A stretch of DNA of 12,400 bases from an uncultured archaeon (GTDB lineage Archaea; Asgardarchaeota; Lokiarchaeia; Sigyniarchaeales; SOKP01). Under the pieces are notes generated by a model. That model was not told the DNA's origin. It saw nothing but the letters and a program-made list of their open reading frames with translations, and did no database searches. Below are positions 6,876 to 12,400 of this stretch, piece by piece. The stretch spans positions 1 to 12,400 of the forward strand of contig CAZBPC010000021.1 of the NCBI GenBank assembly GCA_964493715.1, read 5' to 3'. Numbering within the stretch: position 1 is the stretch's first letter; each line of letters starts with the position of its first letter. A program made the position numbers and the translations under genes.

Positions 6876-7967
6876 TCACATTATTTGTTGAAAATTTCCT
6901 ATGATTCTTAATTTACCATTAAATTTATTGAGCTCTGTAATAATACCTTTGAGACCAGTCCCATCATGGTAAAGCTTTTTATCAAATTGAATAAATACAT
7001 TTCCTGATGCTCCAGGTTTAATTTCATCTCCAGATTTCAATTTTAATGGAGAGATTTTAAGGTCTACCATCCCAAAATATTGAATACCATCAGAAGGTTT
7101 TACAACACCTCCATTAGGAACATAAAATTTATTAATATGGACTATTGCATTTATTTTTTTTTCATTTACAAATTTGCCTTGACTCGCAATTATATTGTTG
7201 CGATCCACATCTTCAGGTGAAATATTTCCTTTAAGAGCTAAACCAACTCTATCTCCTACTTGAGCGGTTTTAAACATCCTATCTTGTTTTTGAATGCTTC
7301 GAATAATGACTTTTTTGTTCATATCCTCGTAACCGATAATTTCTACCATTTGCCCTGCATAAATCTCTCCCTCTTTAACTACACCTAATATTACTGTTCC
7401 AATTCCTTTCACGGGGAAAGCATGATCAATTAGCACTTTCGTACTTGAATTATTTATGATTTCCTTGGTTTCAGAGCCTAAATCAATAATCTTCATTTTC
7501 AACTTTTCATAATCTTCTTTGTGCTTTATTTCAATGATATCCGTATCATCAAGGCTAGTTGTTTTTAGGATGGTTATGAGTTTTGCTTTAATTTCAGGTA
7601 ATTTCCACTCCGTCTTGGAGTTAATCCCATCAATAATTGCTAAAACTTTGGTGTTAAAAAGGGTGTGATATAAATCTAAACCAACCAGAATTTCTCCGAT
7701 TGTTGCATTCAATCCATTTTCAAGATCTATTACTAAAATATGGATATTGGAGATTGATAATGCTTGTAAAAATGGTTTAATTTTCTCAGGATAATCAACG
7801 GGAGTTATAGCACAAAAAACATGGTTTAAGGTTGAATCTAAACGATTAAAAAAAAGGAGATCACTCTTTGTATCAGGAGCGCCTAGAGATTGCCCAACTA
7901 ATTGCCTTAATTCGAAATTGTCTCCAAAAATTCCCACGACGAAATTTTTTTCATCAACCTGACTCAT
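6876..7967 (-). CDS. Archaeal SelB-like protein (aSelBL; EF-Tu/SelB domains II-III with a degenerate G domain)
   Basis: Domain II motifs VLIDHAFPVKGIGTVILGVVKEG, IRSIQKQD and GDRVGLALKG. The N-terminal VVGIFG...DYPEKIKPFLQAL region lacks GxxxxGKS/T, DxPG and NKxD, as in aSelBL. Start placed at ATG 7967 (MSQVDEK) because the 39 upstream codons look non-coding. Confidence 0.85.
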   Translation of the reverse strand: MSQVDEKNFVVGIFGDNFELRQLVGQSLGAPDTKSDLLFFNRLDSTLNHVFCAITPVDYPEKIKPFLQALSISNIHILVIDLENGLNATIGEILVGLDLYHTLFNTKVLAIIDGINSKTEWKLPEIKAKLITILKTTSLDDTDIIEIKHKEDYEKLKMKIIDLGSETKEIINNSSTKVLIDHAFPVKGIGTVILGVVKEGEIYAGQMVEIIGYEDMNKKVIIRSIQKQDRMFKTAQVGDRVGLALKGNISPEDVDRNNIIASQGKFVNEKKINAIVHINKFYVPNGGVVKPSDGIQYFGMVDLKISPLKLKSGDEIKPGASGNVFIQFDKKLYHDGTGLKGIITELNKFNGKLRIIGNFQQIM

Positions 7968-8101
7968 CGATAAATAGAACAATCTATATAAGAAATATTT
8001 TTTGGTTTCACTTCTTGAGCTATGATAGTACTTTGATTGATAAAAAATAAAATGAATCATCAAAAAAAATGGTTTTTTTACCATGATGAATATTACTAAT
8101 A

Positions 8102-9607
8102 ATGACTATTAAAGGAGCTATTAACCGTGTTATCTTAATATTTATAGATGATGTGAGAGCACTCCATTTATTTGATTTGATTAACAATGGAAGGCTTCCA
8201 AACATTGCTAAATTAGCACAAGAAGGAATTTCTTGTCAAAATTGTGTGACTTCTTATCCCAGCATTACTTTTCCCTCTTATAGTAACCTCATCACGGGTA
8301 GTTATTCTGGTTATTATCCAAAAGAAGGGAGTGGCATCCCTGAATACCATTACCTTACTAGGACTGATCCTCCGTCTGAAGGGATAAGATACCCTAAAAT
8401 AATCAATTGTGGAGCGGGTAGTCTCAATAAATTAAATAAACAATTAGGTTCAAATTGTAGAACTATTTTTGAACAAGTTGAAGACGAAATCCATTTAAGT
8501 TCATGCAACATTGTTAGTCGAGGTTCTAAGTTGATATCTCCTCGTCCATATACAACAGAAGTCATATTAAACAATGTGGCAAAAGCCTTCAAAAATCCCC
8601 GGGAATACGATTTTAGTGAACCACCTATTGTTACAGTTGCTTATGTTCCTTATACGGATCATTTAATGCATGCTAAGGGATTTGATAACAAAAAATACAT
8701 TTATGAACTCCTTAAATGTGATGCGGGTATAGGAAATATTATCAATACACTAAAAGAAACGGGATATTATGACTCAACTGCTATTGGCGTATTATCAGAT
8801 CACGGTAATTATAAAGCAAAAAAGATGTATGATTTAGAACCCTATTTTAACGAAATTGGTCTAATGCAATATAATCCTAAAAAAGGAACGGGAGATTTTG
8901 ATGCTACTTTTGGTTCTGTTGGCTTTTTTAATTTTCGTGGTATTGATTGGCACCATCATCCTACTTTTGAAGAGATGAAGAAATATAAACTCAGTATGGC
9001 AAATAAAAAGGAGATCAATCTCTTTGACATGCTTTGGAAGATCCCAGGAGTTAAATACATGTACTATCGTGATGATGACAATACTCCAGATAAGGGAACA
9101 ATAAATTTAAGATATCGTGATGAAATAAATAAAATCCATGAAGCTAGAATAGAATTTGAAGGTCATGGTAAAAACCAAAAAACGAATTATATATATGATG
9201 ATTTAGATATTTATGGATATGAAAATAACGAGCAATCAGCTTCTCTATTAGATGGAAAACCGCATGATATTGACGCGTGGTTATATGGCACTAATCGTAT
9301 TGATTTCCCAATGATAATCGATCAAATTCCTAGATATTTTAAAAATCCCCGCTCGAGTGAAATTATGATCTCGACTTTAGGAGAATATTCATTTGGATTT
9401 GAGCATGGCGAAACTAAACCTAGTTCTCCATTTTCACATGATATATGCTTACGTAAGTCAATGATCGTACCATTTATAATTGGAGGATCCACAGAACTCC
9501 CTACAAAGGAATTAGCATATTGTAAAACAACAGACATGGTACCCTCTTTACTGAGTTTATTAGGACAGAAACCACACAAAAGTGTAGTGGGAAAATCAGT
9601 AATTTAA
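8102..9607 (+). CDS. Alkaline phosphatase superfamily protein (nucleotide pyrophosphatase/phosphodiesterase type)
   Basis: LIFIDD (first metal ligand), TSYPSITFPSYSNLITG (Thr nucleophile), TDHLMH, SDHG and a C-terminal SH. Confidence 0.9.
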   Translation: MTIKGAINRVILIFIDDVRALHLFDLINNGRLPNIAKLAQEGISCQNCVTSYPSITFPSYSNLITGSYSGYYPKEGSGIPEYHYLTRTDPPSEGIRYPKIINCGAGSLNKLNKQLGSNCRTIFEQVEDEIHLSSCNIVSRGSKLISPRPYTTEVILNNVAKAFKNPREYDFSEPPIVTVAYVPYTDHLMHAKGFDNKKYIYELLKCDAGIGNIINTLKETGYYDSTAIGVLSDHGNYKAKKMYDLEPYFNEIGLMQYNPKKGTGDFDATFGSVGFFNFRGIDWHHHPTFEEMKKYKLSMANKKEINLFDMLWKIPGVKYMYYRDDDNTPDKGTINLRYRDEINKIHEARIEFEGHGKNQKTNYIYDDLDIYGYENNEQSASLLDGKPHDIDAWLYGTNRIDFPMIIDQIPRYFKNPRSSEIMISTLGEYSFGFEHGETKPSSPFSHDICLRKSMIVPFIIGGSTELPTKELAYCKTTDMVPSLLSLLGQKPHKSVVGKSVI

Positions 9608-9610
9608 CTA

Positions 9611-9618
9611 TTTTTTTT
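9611..9618 (+). terminator. Oligo-T tract, putative terminator
   Basis: Run of 8 T just after the TAA at 9607. Confidence 0.4.
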
Positions 9619-9679
9619 AAAAAATCATTTATAATATTAAAAATTATAATATCATGATTTAATTAGGATATTTAGAAAA

Positions 9680-12400
9680 GTGGTCAAATCTAATCACATA
9701 ATAATAGTACCTGAAACTCATTGGGACCGTGAATGGTACCTGCCCTTTCAAGAGTATCGAGCACGACTAGTTTTAATGATGGATAAATTATTACACATCT
9801 TAAAAACCGATCCTAGCTACAGAAATTTCATGCTTGATGGACAAGTAATCCCTCTAGAAGACTATTTGGAAGTTCGTCCTGAATTAGTCCAAGAGATTAG
9901 AACTCATATCATGGAAAATCGTCTATCTATCGGTCCAATGTATGTTTTACCAGATGAATTTTTAGTGAGTGGAGAATCTTTGATTCGAAACTTGTTAATC
10001 GGTCATCAACTCTCTCGAACATATGGTAAAGTGATGAAAGCAGGTTACATACCAGATCCCTTTGGACACATTGCACAATTGCCTCAAATTTTAAGTGGAT
10101 TCGAATTACCAGCAATATTATTTTGGAGAGGTTTTGGTAATGAATTTGAAGATAATAAATTAAATTTAGAGTTTTGGTGGAATGCTCCTGGAAATGCAGC
10201 ATCTATTTTAGGTTACCTGTTAATTTTAAGTTATGGTTCTGTAGCTGATATGAGTACAAAATTAATAAATGGTAAATATAAGCCAGCTTTATCAAAAATG
10301 AAACGAATAATATCTACTTTTGAAAAATATACAGCTACACCTTTCGTTCTACTTAATAGTGGGTCTGATCATCATGAAGCAAAACCAGAAATTCCTGAAA
10401 TCGTAAGGCAATGGAACGAAAAATACCCTGAAAAATTCATGGAACAAAATGATGTTGAATATTTTATCAATAGAATATTAGATTCTAATCCAAAACTCAA
10501 ATCATTTCAAGGTGAACTTAGAGGAGGCAAGCACGCTCACTTATTATCTGGCATACTTTCAGCAAGAATGTGGATAAAGCAACGGAATACTTCAATTGAA
10601 TATTTATATGAGAAATATGCTGAGCCACTTTCAACTATATCATGGGTCCTTGACAAATACGATCGATTTAGATATCCTCAAAGTTATCTTCTTACTGGAT
10701 TCAAGTGGTTATTAAAAAATCATCCTCACGATAGTATCTGCGGGTGCTCAATTGACCAAGTTCATGACGAAATGAAAACACGCTTTGATTGGGCGGAGCA
10801 AATTGGAGAGGAAGTATTTAAAAATTCAATACTATATCTCATAGATCTAATAGATATTGATACAACCGGCAAAAAAACACCCTTTATCGTTTACAATCCC
10901 CTTCCATGGAAAAGAAAGGATATCATACATTTTAACATCTTATCACATATAAAGAAAGCTACTAAAACGTCACCTGGAGATTTTTGTATTACAGATTCTA
11001 ATGGAAAAAAGATCCCATACCAAGTGAAATATGTACACGAAGAACCTCGATATCAGACGGTATTTTCAATGAGTCATTTCTGTAGCTTTTTAGAAGAAAT
11101 ACCTGCTTGTGGATATAAAGTTTTCTACTTGATCCCAGACCAGAAACCAGTAGTTTTTAGCGTGAACGATTCAAATTTTAAACTGAGCGAAAATTCGATA
11201 GAAAATGAATTTTATAAGGTAGAGATAACATTAAAAGGGATCATCAAAATATTAGATAAAGAAAATAATGAATTATTTGAAAATGTTTGTTATTTCGAAG
11301 ATGTCGGAGATTGGGGAGATGAATATGATTTTGCTGGACCCCAAGAAAATCAGACGGATTTACATTTCTCCTCAGAAGATCTTAATATATTGAGTTTAAA
11401 ACCCTATATTGATGGACTATCTCAAAAAACGATCAAAATTGAAGCAAATTTAAATTTACCATCCTCCCTAACCGAGGATAGATATAATAGAGATGATTTA
11501 TTTGTCTCCAACTTGATATCAATTTATATTACTTTATATAAGGGCATAAAGCGCGTTGATTTCAAGGTTTTACTCGAAAATGATAGTAAGGACCATCGTA
11601 TTAGAGTGTTGTTTCCTACTAAGATAAAAACGGAAAAAGTTAATTGCGATGGACATTTTTACGTGCTCCCAAGAAACATAGATCTTCCTTTAGCAGAAAA
11701 TTGGGCTCAAAATCCCTTACCAACAAATCATCAAAAGGATTTTGTTTCCATTAGTAATGATAAAAGGACTTTTGCTGTAATAAATAAGGGATTACCAGAG
11801 TATGAAGCGATTAAAAATGCTGATGGAACTATTACGCTCGCAATAACATTATTAAGATGTATCGAGTGGTTGTCAAGATTTGATCTAAGTACAAGAGGAA
11901 ACGATGCGGGACCAGACTTAAATACTCCTGCTGCTCAATGTATCGGAAAACATGAATTTGAATTTTCCATGATAACTCTTGAAGGAGTTTCAAATTGGAT
12001 TGACGGTAAAATCCATCAAACCGGAAAAGAGGTTAATAATCCTCTTAAAGTCGTTTTCCCATCAATGGTAAGATCTTCGATGAGAGCGGCTAATAAAACA
12101 GTGATTAAACCATTCGGGATTCTCTCGTATTTTGACAAGCCTCACATAAAACCTATCGACTCCTATTTACCTCTTGAATTAAGTTTTCTAGAGATTGATA
12201 ACCCTAACATTATTCTAAGTGCTTTGAAAAAATCAGAAGAAGGAAACGATCTAATCCTGAGAATTTATAATATCTCCCCTCATTCTGAAAAAGGAAACCT
12301 GAAATTTTACAGTGAAATTACCATTTTAAGCGCAAAGATAGTAAATTTTCTTGAAGAAGCTCCTCAACGGGAGATAAAAGCATCCATAAATGATATCAAT
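9680..12400 (+). CDS. Glycoside hydrolase family 38 alpha-mannosidase (MngB-like), 3'-partial
   Basis: Absent from the ORF track because it runs off the window. GTG start at 9680. Manual translation gives ETHWDREWYLPF, FMLDGQ, LPDEFLVSGESLIRNL, GYIPDPFGH (nucleophile Asp), GSDH, NHPHDSICGCS, FEDVGDWGDEY, DHRIRVLFPT, NKGLPEYE, ITLLRC and SALKKSE, all in one frame. Confidence 0.95.
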   Translation, partial: MVKSNHIIIVPETHWDREWYLPFQEYRARLVLMMDKLLHILKTDPSYRNFMLDGQVIPLEDYLEVRPELVQEIRTHIMENRLSIGPMYVLPDEFLVSGESLIRNLLIGHQLSRTYGKVMKAGYIPDPFGHIAQLPQILSGFELPAILFWRGFGNEFEDNKLNLEFWWNAPGNAASILGYLLILSYGSVADMSTKLINGKYKPALSKMKRIISTFEKYTATPFVLLNSGSDHHEAKPEIPEIVRQWNEKYPEKFMEQNDVEYFINRILDSNPKLKSFQGELRGGKHAHLLSGILSARMWIKQRNTSIEYLYEKYAEPLSTISWVLDKYDRFRYPQSYLLTGFKWLLKNHPHDSICGCSIDQVHDEMKTRFDWAEQIGEEVFKNSILYLIDLIDIDTTGKKTPFIVYNPLPWKRKDIIHFNILSHIKKATKTSPGDFCITDSNGKKIPYQVKYVHEEPRYQTVFSMSHFCSFLEEIPACGYKVFYLIPDQKPVVFSVNDSNFKLSENSIENEFYKVEITLKGIIKILDKENNELFENVCYFEDVGDWGDEYDFAGPQENQTDLHFSSEDLNILSLKPYIDGLSQKTIKIEANLNLPSSLTEDRYNRDDLFVSNLISIYITLYKGIKRVDFKVLLENDSKDHRIRVLFPTKIKTEKVNCDGHFYVLPRNIDLPLAENWAQNPLPTNHQKDFVSISNDKRTFAVINKGLPEYEAIKNADGTITLAITLLRCIEWLSRFDLSTRGNDAGPDLNTPAAQCIGKHEFEFSMITLEGVSNWIDGKIHQTGKEVNNPLKVVFPSMVRSSMRAANKTVIKPFGILSYFDKPHIKPIDSYLPLELSFLEIDNPNIILSALKKSEEGNDLILRIYNISPHSEKGNLKFYSEITILSAKIVNFLEEAPQREIKASINDIN

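Noticed and set aside
6876-7967. Calling this gene a bona fide selB/eEFSec
   Set aside because: The GTP-binding motifs and domain IV are absent; it fits aSelBL.
7968-8084. 39-codon N-terminal extension of aSelBL in the ORF track
   Set aside because: It has a Phe/Tyr/Lys-rich, low-complexity translation typical of AT-rich non-coding DNA, and it would leave only 17 nt for a divergent promoter.
8083-8089. Box C-like ATGATGA
   Set aside because: No box D at a suitable distance; it runs into the phosphatase CDS.
7868-10202. Short ORFs 7868..8050, 8020..8205, 8350..8592, 9322..9579 and 9927..10202
   Set aside because: They overlap supported genes on the opposite strand and show no recognisable features.
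1-12400. CRISPR array, tRNA/rRNA or transposase/integrase
   Set aside because: I saw no regularly spaced repeats, cloverleaf, rRNA-like GC-rich tract or mobility-gene motifs.

Overview
This is an AT-rich archaeal window whose gene content points to Asgard archaea, probably Lokiarchaeia (inference). In order it holds: two tandem paralogous membrane proteins (the complete one is 7TM plus a longin-like domain), trmO, an orphan gamma-class N6-adenine DNA methyltransferase with a Zn-ribbon insert, two paralogous ~54-aa microproteins missed by the ORF track, a roadblock/Rab-like GTPase fusion, an uncharacterised beta-rich protein, a GTPase-degenerate SelB-like factor (aSelBL), an alkaline-phosphatase-superfamily enzyme and a 3'-partial GH38 alpha-mannosidase. 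The most interesting signal concerns the uncharacterised ORF ending at 6728. Its frame extends upstream through one in-frame TGA (5838-5840) to an ATA codon behind a perfect Shine-Dalgarno, its 3' UTR contains an AUGA...GA stem-loop resembling a SECIS core, and it converges on aSelBL. This is a candidate new selenoprotein or UGA-recoding locus, but a decayed 5' end cannot be excluded.
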